A program made the translations under genes and the position numbers. DNA of 64,000 nucleotides, taken from contig CM121341.1 of assembly GCA_051530055.1 (NCBI GenBank), forward strand, positions 15,230,784 to 15,294,783, given 5' to 3'. Each line of letters starts with the position of its first letter. The stretch's first letter is position 1. The DNA is from Neoechinorhynchus agilis (taxonomy: Eukaryota > Animalia > Acanthocephala). The notes beneath the pieces were generated by a model that saw only the letters and a list, made by a program, of their open reading frames with translations, was not told where the DNA came from and searched no databases. This document shows, piece after piece, positions 39,884 to 49,803 of this stretch.

Positions 39884-40692
39884 ATGAATCCAGCGGTCAC
39901 TATCTTTGTCGTTCTCCTGTTCATTAATGGAGAATTCAGCAAAAAAGAGTCTCATTCAAAAGATTCTAAAATAGGTGGGTATGTTTGGCTGTGCTATTTT
40001 TCCTTAAAAAATCGTTTATATACAGTTAGCACGAAAAAAGCCAGTGCATTCCTCGGTTTTAAGGATTGCATGAAAGCAATGAACTGTGGCCCGGCGTTAA
40101 AGAAAGAATGCGTTCATGAGTGTAAGAAAGGTTTGGTTTGCTTTTTAATCAAATAAGGTTCGCTCTATTTTCGTTAATAGGAAACACTAAAGAAGAAGTC
40201 GAAGAACATGTTGAGAAATTGAGGAAGGTTCAAAAATATGCAAAAGATGCGAAGGATGCCAAACGTATGAGCAAAAGGCAGGATACTGATCTCAGTGATA
40301 CTGATTCCGATACTGATTCAGACGATGATTCAACTAGTAGCAGTGAAAATGAAGGTTATTGTAGACTCGGCAATAAGTGCCAAGGACGTAAGATTATCCA
40401 TGTCTCAAACATTTAACTTGTGCTTTCGAGGCGTTTTAGTGCAAAAGGCAAATCGATTTTTATCGTACCGAGATTGTATGAAAAGAATGAATTGCGGAAA
40501 AGCAGTTAAAAATGAATGCAAAGAGGAATGTCTTGAAGGTAAAATAATAACCGTAAAAGCAAAGGCAAATTTGCATTTTTACTTGTTTTTGCATGTTGAT
40601 TCTTGGTTTTATTGACGTTTTGTAAAAATATAGGAACTATAAGAAATGCGGAAAATATGAACAATGTTGGAAAGGAAATTGTCCGATATTAG
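39884..40692 (+). CDS. Secreted precursor with two Cys4 modules and an Asp/Ser-rich spacer (5 exons)
   Basis: Signal-like MNPAVTIFVVLLFINGEFS. GT-AG introns at 39,975-40,025, 40,131-40,180, 40,388-40,430 and 40,539-40,633 are all phase 1 and give one open frame. Modules KASAFLGFKDCMKAMNCGPALKKECVHECKKG and KANRFLSYRDCMKRMNCGKAVKNECKEECLEG. Confidence 0.75.
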
Positions 40693-41269
40693 GATCTTTT
40701 TAATAATTTTAAAATGTACGAAAATATTTCCAATCGACTCGGATGTTCATTGTCCAAATTGAACGTGTTTTATATAGCTTAGACTTATACTGTAATATAA
40801 TTATACTAAAATCTTATATTTCAAACTATACGTTAGATTAATGATTTGCTATCTTAAAGTGTACTAAGGGAGGAATTACCGGTTCACTATTAAGTACTGA
40901 TATTTATTACTAGCAGAAATTGTCAGGCTCCACCACCCGGTGGCAGCGTTGACATTCATGACCGCTGATTATTGTTAGTGTTAATTGTCGTTTTGGAAAA
41001 TTCACTTCCGACGAGGAAAGATTTCCCAAAGGTGACTGCGAAGTTATTAACCAGCTAAATGTGAACGTATTACATCCTTCGGGAACTTTGAGTTATTCCT
41101 ACTGAAAATGGCATTAATAAGCAATTTAGCTTAGCAGCCATATATTAAAAAGAGAAAGTTTAACGGTATCATTTGTCCCATTTTTGTAGTTTGAATACAA
41201 GTGGCATCGGAAACATGAAAATTTAATCCCGGTGATAAAAATTTCTTGATAAAAATTATGTCTCATTAA

Positions 41270-41986
41270 TGTAGAGAAGTTTATTATTTACATTGTGGTG
41301 AATGCTTGTTGTCCCTGCTTTCATTCGGGGAAAGGAAACTTCTTCCGGCTGCCCGTCATTACGTGGAAGTCGCCACATACCTCCCCTCCAGTGTCGCCGC
41401 ACTAATCCGTTCCGTCCTGGAAACGGCCGGTCTCTCGAGTTGAACCTCGGTGTGATGACGGCGTGTTGCTAGCAGCTGGACCTGGTCAGGACGCTGACCA
41501 GGCCGGTCCCGTCGGGGAGGATCGTACTACCAGGTGCCGTCTTTGGTCCGTTGTTTGTGGGCTGCGCCGACTGCCAGTGCTGAGGCATCGGTGACATTGT
41601 CGAACGCTGCTTGGCTCGTTGGGTTGAGCAAGGAAGTCCGTATGTCACGACGCTGCGCTGGGCCAGATGTCGAGCAACCGAGTTGAACCTCGGTGCGATG
41701 ACGGCGTGTTGCTGGCAGCTGGGCCTGATCAGGACGCTGACCAGGCCGGTCTCGTTGGGTAAGGACAGCCGGGTATTGGAGGAGCAAGGCCTCGATGTTG
41801 TTGATGGGCCTGATCAGGACGCTGACCAGGCCGGTCTCGTCGGGGTCACCAATTTGGCGGCGTCACGTAAGAAGAAGATTAAGTTTATTATCTTTACATT
41901 GTGGTGAATGCTTGTTGTCCCTGCTTTCATTCGGGGAAAGGAAACTTCTTCCGGCTGCCCGTCATTACGTGGAAGTCGCCGCCACA
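41270..41986 (-). mobile_element. Non-autonomous miniature LTR retroelement (TRIM-like), ~717 bp
   Basis: Direct terminal repeats start TGTGGCG on the minus strand and carry AATAAA. PBS TGGTGACCCCGACG (41,851-41,838) is complementary to the tRNA-Trp 3' end. PPT GGAGGGGAGGTA (41,389-41,378) abuts the 3' LTR. GC-rich internal region with no pol. Confidence 0.8.
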
Positions 41987-42410
41987 AATCAAAGAGCTTT
42001 TTCTGTGATTATACGATTAAACAACTCCGCCCAGATTAAAATACCACGATAGTAAATAGAGGAACGTTCATTTTGATAGACATTAGCAATTTTCGATAAA
42101 TTACTTTGACATATCGATCTTGATTTAAATGCACAGTTCTCTTTTTGACTGGGAAACATTAAGAAGTCTAAATTGGCTTTTGTTTAAATTGTAATTTTAC
42201 ATTTGTTTGAAGATTGAACTACTCATTCAAGTATATGGCGGAAAATTTAAAGGAATTAATTAAATCCTATATTCCGGCACAATATCGTGATTTTATCAAG
42301 TTTGTTAATAAATTTTACACAACGTGTGTACTCTTTATCTCGTTCGTAAGACCGATAGCTTCTTATCGACTTATTAATTCTATCTGTTATCCGTTGGCCG
42401 CTCTCATTAG

Positions 42411-42616
42411 GTAACACCGAGGAGGAGGTAGAGGAGCATGGTTCGTTCTTGCGAAAGATTGACAAGTACATCGCAGAAGCTAAGAGACTGAAGAGCACTC
42501 TTCATCAAAAGGATTCGGATGATTCAACATCGTCCTCAGATTCTGACGATTCCACAGACGATACGGACAAGGACAGTACTGATAGCGATACTGACACGGA
42601 TTCCGATAAAAAGTAA
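42411..42616 (+). pseudogene. Exon paralogous to exon 3 of the 39.9-kb secreted precursor; gene or gene remnant
   Basis: After acceptor CTCTCATTAG it reads GNTEEEVEEHGSFLRKIDKYIAEAKRLKSTLHQKDSDDSTSSSDSDDSTDDTDKDSTDSDTDTDSDKK*, versus GNTKEEVEEHVEKLRKVQKYAKDAK...DTDSDTDSDDDSTSSS. Upstream exons could not be resolved. Confidence 0.6.
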
Positions 42617-43804
42617 AAAAAGAAAAAAGCATAGATTTAGCGCTGTATAAATCAAAAGGAAGCAAAATGAATCCCATGTTGAGCGTAGATTAAATTTGAG
42701 TACAAAATAAAAGTACTTTGAGCTTCATATTGATCATAGAATCCTATTAAAAATATCGCAAGAAAAAGCAATCAATGCCACTAACCTCTTCGTCCTTATT
42801 CTAACAGTTAACGAAAAAGTGTGAATAAGCAAGAACATTAGTTATTCTCTTTAGCTCTTCATATTGAGAACAACGGACAAAAGTATGTGAAACAAAACAT
42901 CAATTTCACCGCTCTCCTCTCGGTTGTAACTTTAACCCGACTGCCCAACAAAGTTGAATGCGTCAACTGTACTATACACGAAGTTCATAAAATATTTATT
43001 TTTTGGAATCTATGGGGCTGTTTTAAGCGGCAAGACTGAAGGAAAGTCGTCAAATCCATTAGAGATTGACATTTCGCTTAGGCGTCGTTGCTACTGATAT
43101 GCGCGGTGAAAGGTGCTATTATGAGTGCAAAGACCGTGCTGATAATTCAGAACGATCTATTTCAGGTCTATGAAACTTTTGTGGCGAAATCTGAGAAAAT
43201 AACTTAGAGTATTTGTTCACAGAACTAAAATCAGGTTAAGATGATGCGGATATTGTGGAGATATATTGAATACAATGTTAATCGTTGAAACAGTGTTTTC
43301 GCTTCAAGTGATGAAAATTTTCTTGTAATTTGGAGAGTTGCTCGAGCAACGATAAATCCCATTCTCGTTTTTATAATGTTTCGCCTATTCATTTGTTCTA
43401 TATTTCACACGATACTTTACCCCCCCCCCCGAATTATGTCAAGTCGGGCTACATAAAGTTTTTGGGTTGTCTCGAATGCAAGACGGAGTGGCGACTGACT
43501 TCTCCAAATAAAAAGGAAAGATATAACGAATCCAGTGAAGCATTCCTTAAATCGTTTGGATTCTTAGAACAATGTGGTAATGCTTAGGTTATCATAAGAT
43601 GCAATGCCAAGGATGGAATGTAATGGTCGGTATTCGGTTGCATGTGACGCTCCTTGACAACGACTGTCGCATTCCTTTAACGAGGACAACCCTGGATCTC
43701 AATCTTTCCAACCTGACCTTGAATTCGGCCGCTGATCAAAATTGATTTCGAGGGAGTTTGCACCCTTTTATGATCTTTTCCTTAGAGGTAAATCAGTTTG
43801 TTAA

Positions 43805-43854
43805 TTATTAAAAGACGCTGATGAACCCGACGAGGTTCGAAACGTCTTTAATAA
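43805..43854 (+). ncRNA. Hammerhead-ribozyme-like motif (minimal type I, imperfect)
   Basis: CTGATGA (43,818-24), hairpin AACC-CGACGA-GGTT, GAAAC-GTC (palindromic ACGT helix III), and TTATTAAA/TTTAATAA helix-I arms. The helix I and helix II registers are imperfect. Confidence 0.45.
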
Positions 43855-43957
43855 ATAATCATTTACCGGGTGTAGACCTAAACAATAATTCTAATTACAT
43901 TCCCCGGTACTTCACTTATAGACATTTCAATAGAAAAAGAAGTTTCTCATCATTATA

Positions 43958-44116
43958 TATGTATTTTTTGATGATAAGAAAAATAGAGATTGATTTATTA
44001 TTCTCAATATTTTATCCTTTTCGTCGGACTTCTTTAGGTTTCTTGTAAGTTTTCTATTAACGAAAAAGTGAGAATAATAAATCAATCTCTATTTTTCTTA
44101 TCACGAAAAATACATA
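43958..44116. repeat. Foldback: ~49-bp inverted arms around a ~62-nt spacer containing a decayed hammerhead core (minus strand)
   Basis: 43,958-44,006 TATGTATTTTTTGATGATAAGAAAAATAGAGATTGATTTATTATTCTCA is near-perfectly complementary to 44,069-44,116. Confidence 0.9.
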
Positions 44117-44397
44117 AGTAGATTTAGCAAACTCACTATAAATCCATAAGGAAAATCACGTGGGTGACACCGCCATTTTCCACGTGATTTGCACTTTATA
44201 AATGACATATAAACCACTCATTAGGGAAAATGTATAAAAGCTCACCATGAGATTTCTTTTTGAAGAAAGACGTCTTTTTCGTTTCTATACACTCGACACA
44301 TCTTTCTAATTACTGCTACTGTAAGTTGATGAAACGCGGGGTTTTCCTAAGATCACGTTAATTCGGCGATAAAATCAATACAACATTACCCAAAATT

Positions 44398-44561
44398 TCT
44401 TTTTTGGGTGACTCTTTATCGCTCCGAGAAAAATTAACATTTATTCCATTAATATTTCGAGACCTTAGTCCCTTCATCAGAATGTAGTAACAAGGTCTAG
44501 AAATATTAATGGAATAAATGTTAATTTTTATCGGAGCGATAAAGAGTCACCCAAAAAAGAA
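44398..44561. repeat. Foldback: ~69-bp inverted arms around a 25-nt loop
   Basis: 44,398-44,466 pairs with 44,492-44,561 with about 2 differences. Confidence 0.92.
44447..44484 (-). ncRNA. Minimal type I hammerhead ribozyme (Penelope-like, dimer-dependent helix III)
   Basis: Minus strand reads CAUU-CUGAUGA-A-GGGAC-UAAG-GUCUC-GAAA-UA-UU-AAUG: intact core, 5-bp helix II, palindromic AUAU helix III, AUU cleavage triplet and 4-bp helix I. Confidence 0.65.
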
Positions 44562-45110
44562 GTTAAATTCGCACCGAAAGTTATTCTCAACGAAATTACC
44601 CAAAATGCTGAGTAGTAAATTAACGCGACGGTCTGTCAAACAAGTCGTCCAATTTATCTGCCTTAAATCGCCATCGAGCCTAATAATACTTCCAAAAAGT
44701 AAAGAATCTGGTCGATCAATCATATTGATCCTAATGCAATCGTGATATTAGTACCGACATATCATTTCCTTTTGTTCTACTCGATTGCTAACGGCTGGCG
44801 TTGCGAGCATTCATATGAACGTTAGATGTTTGCCGACTTTCCTCCTCCTTCCCGGAGGATCGAGCGCCCATTATTTCCCGATAGGCACCCGGGGAATTCC
44901 TTTATTGTAGGAATAAAGCACATTGACCGCCCCTGTCCTCTGCAAGTCAAACTTGTAATTTGATATGGTAATTGGCACCCCTAAATGGTGGACTGAAAGC
45001 ACATTCCCACACGACATTCTCCCCTCCGGACACATTCGAAACGCTCCTCGCAACATTTGGTGACGCCTGTCTCCGTTCTCGACCTCTTTGTCCAACTTCT
45101 ATTCTAGACT

Positions 45111-46697
45111 ATGGCTATTTCATCGTCTCAACCGCCGATTGACGCAAATGCAATCAATGACCTCAAGGTAAATTTCCAAGTTGGTTCGCTCAACTCTTTA
45201 ATAGTTTCCTTTAGCATCTTCGTCCCCTTTGGGATGACTTCTTGAAACGTGCAACCAAGTTCAATAACCACGCCAGATTGTTTCTTCGCTCAATGTCGGC
45301 TTTCACAGACTCTCTCGATGCCATATCGCAAGTTGCTTCGACTTGCTCGTCGTCTACATTCGCTGTAGATCCGGTTCAGGGTAACGGACGGTCCATTGGG
45401 AAAACTCTACAAGCCGTATCTTCTTACCAGAGATCGCTCGAATTCAAATGCCGATCACTGCAAACGTATGATTATTCATTCTTTACATTATAGACCGATC
45501 CTCGTGTTTTAGGGCATTTAATGATAGATTACTTCATCGATTGTCTGATCAGGTTTCGATCTGGAGAAGCAAAACCGATAAACTCGACAATATTCTTTCC
45601 AAAAATACCAGAGGTTATAGACGCATAGCTAAAAATCAGCTTTTACGGCAACGATCAGAAATTTATTGTCTCGGTTGCTGTTTTTTCCTCGGTCCTCCGA
45701 ATATACTCTCAATTACTGAACATCTATCCCATTGCTTTCTAGAGAAACGCTACTCACAGAATTCCCCCGACACACTTTTTTGGGTTCTAAATTTCTGATC
45801 TTTGCTCTAAGTCTATGCAAAAGCAAGCCCGCAAAATTCGACCGTTCGAAATGTCTTCAGGAAGCTAGCAAAGAGCTCGATAGCCAAATAAATGGATTTT
45901 TTATGTGTCTCAGGCCAGTGCTTCAAGCTCAGGCGACTATGGCTCCCGACTTTAAGAGATTGAGCGATTTGATGGCAAGTTTGGACAATAGTGCATCAGT
46001 ACTCCCTCACCCTCAATTCGATGCAAATTATTCTAATCGAGGTGGCGTTGATACATGGCCTTCAAGCCACGATGCTTCAAGGTCATCGTTCTTTAGTAGC
46101 AATAGTAGCATCAATAATACGGTTGTTGATGGTCATCAAACAAATGGACTATCGATTGATTGGTCTTTGAAGGTTGGTCTAAAATCAAAAGAACCTGACG
46201 ATAGTGGCGGTATTGCACTTATCGCGAACGATAGCCACGATGGAGCTGGTTTGAACACAAGCACTTGCACTGCTCCTAAAGCAGGAGGCGAAATCATTTG
46301 GTATAATTCAGAGCCTATTTCCCCTTCTATTCCCGAAACCGAGACTTTCGCTTGCTGCAGTACAATTTGGCGCCGTAGTAGTAGGTATCAACGCTTGGCA
46401 CCCAAACCAGTGGCAGTTCCCCGCGTTCCGGGTCTTACCAACCATTCCCAATCGGCATCGACATCTACATCGATATCTGGAATAACGAGTACAACTGTAA
46501 CGGACGTGCTCAGTACTTATGGTCCAATGAGTTGCGGGGGTGGATCGGTCACCTATGACCAGATTGGCTCAAGTCGTTCTTATGCTATGACAAGCAGCAA
46601 CAATGGAACTGGTGGATATACAGATTCTGTACGAAGTGGACCAGCAGCTTTGAGAAGGAACATTACTTCGTCTTCTCATGAGAATTTCCCAAGATGA
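45111..46697 (+). CDS. MTSS1: MTSS1/MIM-like I-BAR (IMD) protein with C-terminal WH2-like motif
   Basis: INDLK|HLRPLWDDFLKRATKF aligns with MIM IISDMKGSYPVWEDFINKAGKL, and DQVSIWRSKTDKLD with EQMEEWKKVANQLD. A Ser-rich linker precedes DSVRSGPAALRRNIT (WH2-like). First intron 45,168-45,214; internal splice sites near 45.7 kb are not fully resolved. Confidence 0.75.
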
Positions 46698-46729
46698 CCA
46701 CCGATCCTTTTGATGTAATTTATTTGTAA

Positions 46730-47296
46730 CTAAATATTATTTCTATTAAGAACATCTCCGTAAAAATCTTCCTGCAATGCCGTATCCATAAACTTTTTCA
46801 TCGGTATTGTCTCTTGAGTAGCAGAATCGATGAGCTGATCAAATGCCTTGTTGGCATTTTGCACTTCATAACCTGCATCAAGTCCATTTAACAATGTTCT
46901 TGCTTGATCTGTGTTTATACTTGCAGGCATTTCTCCAGTTGAATTTAAAATCTGTTTTACGAGAAATTCCATTTTTGTGCGAGCTGCTCCTTGTTCACGT
47001 AACATTACGTAGGCTGCTGTGAATTCATCAAAAGTTAGATATCCCGATTCGTCCTTATCGAACGCTTTGAATACCCGATTGGCTATTTTTCGGAGTTTAA
47101 GTGACGATTCTGGGTCTGAACCAGGAGTGAGTTCGCAATACATTTCACGAAATTGTTTTTTATTCATTAGGCCATTTTTTGAGTGCTTTTGGAACTCAAG
47201 GCTAAGACCTCGGATCGCAAATTGGTCGATTCCTGTTAGGTTTGAAAATGCTTTAATATCTCCTTCGTCCAAGGGCTTTGTTTTTTTCGCTCCCAT
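46730..47296 (-). CDS. Neuronal calcium sensor / recoverin-family EF-hand protein, intronless, 188 aa
   Basis: N-myristoylation-type start MGAKKTK, NCS-like GLMNKKQFREMY, and canonical EF-hand VFKAFDKDESGYLTFDEF. Confidence 0.8.
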   Translation of the reverse strand: MGAKKTKPLDEGDIKAFSNLTGIDQFAIRGLSLEFQKHSKNGLMNKKQFREMYCELTPGSDPESSLKLRKIANRVFKAFDKDESGYLTFDEFTAAYVMLREQGAARTKMEFLVKQILNSTGEMPASINTDQARTLLNGLDAGYEVQNANKAFDQLIDSATQETIPMKKFMDTALQEDFYGDVLNRNNI

Positions 47297-47587
47297 TTGT
47301 TCGCACTTCGAGAATCCGTTAGTACAAAACGCCTCTTTAAAGATAGTAAGTAAAAATATGAGTAAGTCGCTCATCTGTTCACGCGTTGATGCTTCGCTGA
47401 ATCGAGACACGCTCTTTCGTTTCATAAAGATGTTTAATAAGGAAATCACTATTAAATTTGGCGTGTAAGAAAAATTCAATTTTTCATATTTGACCTCTTA
47501 ATTTTTACGTTATCAGCTTACAAATCTGAAAACGATTCACTTATATTTAATCAACGTCGTAAACACTTGCAAACAATGACTGATGAG

Positions 47588-48041
47588 GCGAGGTCACCTC
47601 GCGAAATATTTCCAATAAATCAAAATAAAATGTGCTATTACCGGGATTATTATCACCAAAATAATACTTATATTTAAAGCGCAGAACATTTCTTGTTAAT
47701 CGATAATCCGGTTAAAAAGTCAGAAATGTTTTGTCCGAATATTTTCTATGAAATGGTGAATCGAAACCTTAAAAACTTCATGGCAACTTCAAATTGCACG
47801 AAAATTTTAAATTAATACTTGCTTGGTTAGCTTTTGTCTCCAAATTCAAAAAAAGGATGACTTACTAAACGATTAAAACACTGTATCTTGAATAAGTGGT
47901 CTATTCGTTATTCTAACATGTATATATAAGAAGGAATAAAAAATCCGAGTTTAAGTTTTTGGTGAACATAATACCGGTCATAACTTATGTGATTTATTTG
48001 AGATATCTCGCGAGGTAACCTCGCGATTATGTTCACCAAAA
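47588..48041. mobile_element. MITE-like element with imperfect ~70-bp terminal inverted repeats ending in a self-palindrome
   Basis: GCGAGGTCACCTCGC(GAAATATTTCCAATAAATC...) at 47,588 and inverted counterpart ending CGCGAGGTAACCTCGCG at 48,009-48,025. Extra inverted pair TTTTGGTGAACATAAT / ATTATGTTCACCAAAA. Confidence 0.6.
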
Positions 48042-48979
48042 GTATACTTTGATTAACACGAAGCGCTAAAGGATTCAATAGTATTTCTTGAGCAAAACGG
48101 TACTCTTAAGACCAATTTTCCATACGAGCCATCACAAATAAAACGTGCAGTACCTCAAACTCTAGTCTTAAACAGCAACCAAACAACATCGATGCACCTA
48201 AAATTTCTAAGTTAATCGTTTAATTCCAAAATACAGTTTACTACTTTAAAAACGTTTATCCAAATCATTTAGATTTTGATTTGTTCGCACAACACCGTAA
48301 AAACTTTTATTCAGCAACTGCAACAAATTATCGAATATATCCGCAAATCGAGTGCATCCATCTAAAACTCCTTGCAAAAATTATGCAGTTCTGACTTTTT
48401 TGCGCATTTCTGTTTGCTCACAATGATTACACAATTATTTTTATTGAAAAATATCACTCTTGCCCTTAAATTTATCGACCATTTTTGGTGAAGATAAGTT
48501 AACAAATAAAAAATGCGATTACTATATGTTATTTCACTAAAAATTACTAAATTTCTTGAAAACACTTCGGAAGTAGTATTTCATTATACAAATTTATCCT
48601 TTTTGGCCTGTTTCAGATGACATAAAGTGTGCTTAGAGTCGTTCATTCGAAATAGCGACTATAAAAACAAAAATACGAACTCCCTAGGACCCAAATCCCG
48701 TAATTTTGTACAAAAATAACTTACTACTATATTATTTTCTAGTTTCAACATGCGCGACAGGATGAAAAATGAAATCGATCACTAAAAGGCGTATTTGTTT
48801 TGCTTTTCGAGTAAGCCAACATCGTAAGATAAAAATTCGGCCCTCATAAAAAGTGCTGCATCTTTTTTGAGAATATATAAAATCGAAAAGGATATACAGA
48901 TCGTATTCTCGCGGATTGTAAATACTTTGCTGAACGGATGGAGCATTCTTGTGGTTATTAAATATTTATACCTTCTCGT

Positions 48980-49219
48980 GGTAGTTATAACACCCATGAT
49001 TTAAATTAACTAATTTATTAATGACAGCAACAAATCTAGGAATTTAAATTCTGGGTGTTATAACTACCAAAAGAAAGTATATTTTCCCCCGAAATCCACG
49101 AAGTTATAACACCCATGATTTAAATTGACTAATTTATTAATGACGGCAATAGATCTAGGAATTTAAATCCTGGGTGTTATAACTACCAAAAGAAAGTATA
49201 TTTTCCCCAGAAATCCACG
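48980..49219. repeat. Tandem duplication of a 119-bp hairpin-forming unit
   Basis: Units start AGTTATAACACCCATGATTTAAATT at 48,983 and 49,102. Each contains the complementary arm AATTTAAAT(T/C)CTGGGTGTTATAACTACC. Confidence 0.9.
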
Positions 49220-49803
49220 GCATTAAATATTTATTTTTTAAATGACTGAATGCAATATTTGAAAATGCGAATTTCATGCAGAAATTACTTTGCACAAGAC
49301 TATTTTTAAGTAGCTAAAAAATTTCGCTTGGTGCTTAATAACAAGTTTCCGGGCTTGAAATTTACAATAATGATTTTTAATATTGTTAGCTATTCTGATG
49401 GCAAGCAGTGAACTAAAGGACATGCCTAATGGCACTTTAAATTATCACGCACGGATGGGTTAGGTATTTTCACAGACAAAAGGCACTCTAGCTTGGCCTA
49501 GGAAAATCGAATACATTTGTCCAAATGCGCAAAATCCAAGGCAACAACTGCGCCTTCCTTTCCGCATGAGCCGCTAGGAAACATTTTAGCTGATCTCGAA
49601 GCTTAAGTTTTTTTCTCGAATTCTGCATGTGTGCAAGATAATTGAAGCCTTATACTTAAACACTATTGCATATCCGAACCTACTTAGTTCGAAAAGATGA
49701 ATGAATTGAAGCAGAAGCGAGCGAGAGAAAATATGAGGTGGTTTTCAATATTTATGTAGAAATCTCAGTGTTTAAATCGGGCTATCAAGATTTCTAAATT
49801 CAG

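Noticed and set aside
44760-45100. Minus-strand ORF MDKEVENGDRR... with a vague Tc1-like LQRTGAV
   Set aside because: Too short and no DDE, HTH or TIR evidence; it overlaps the likely MTSS1 5' region.
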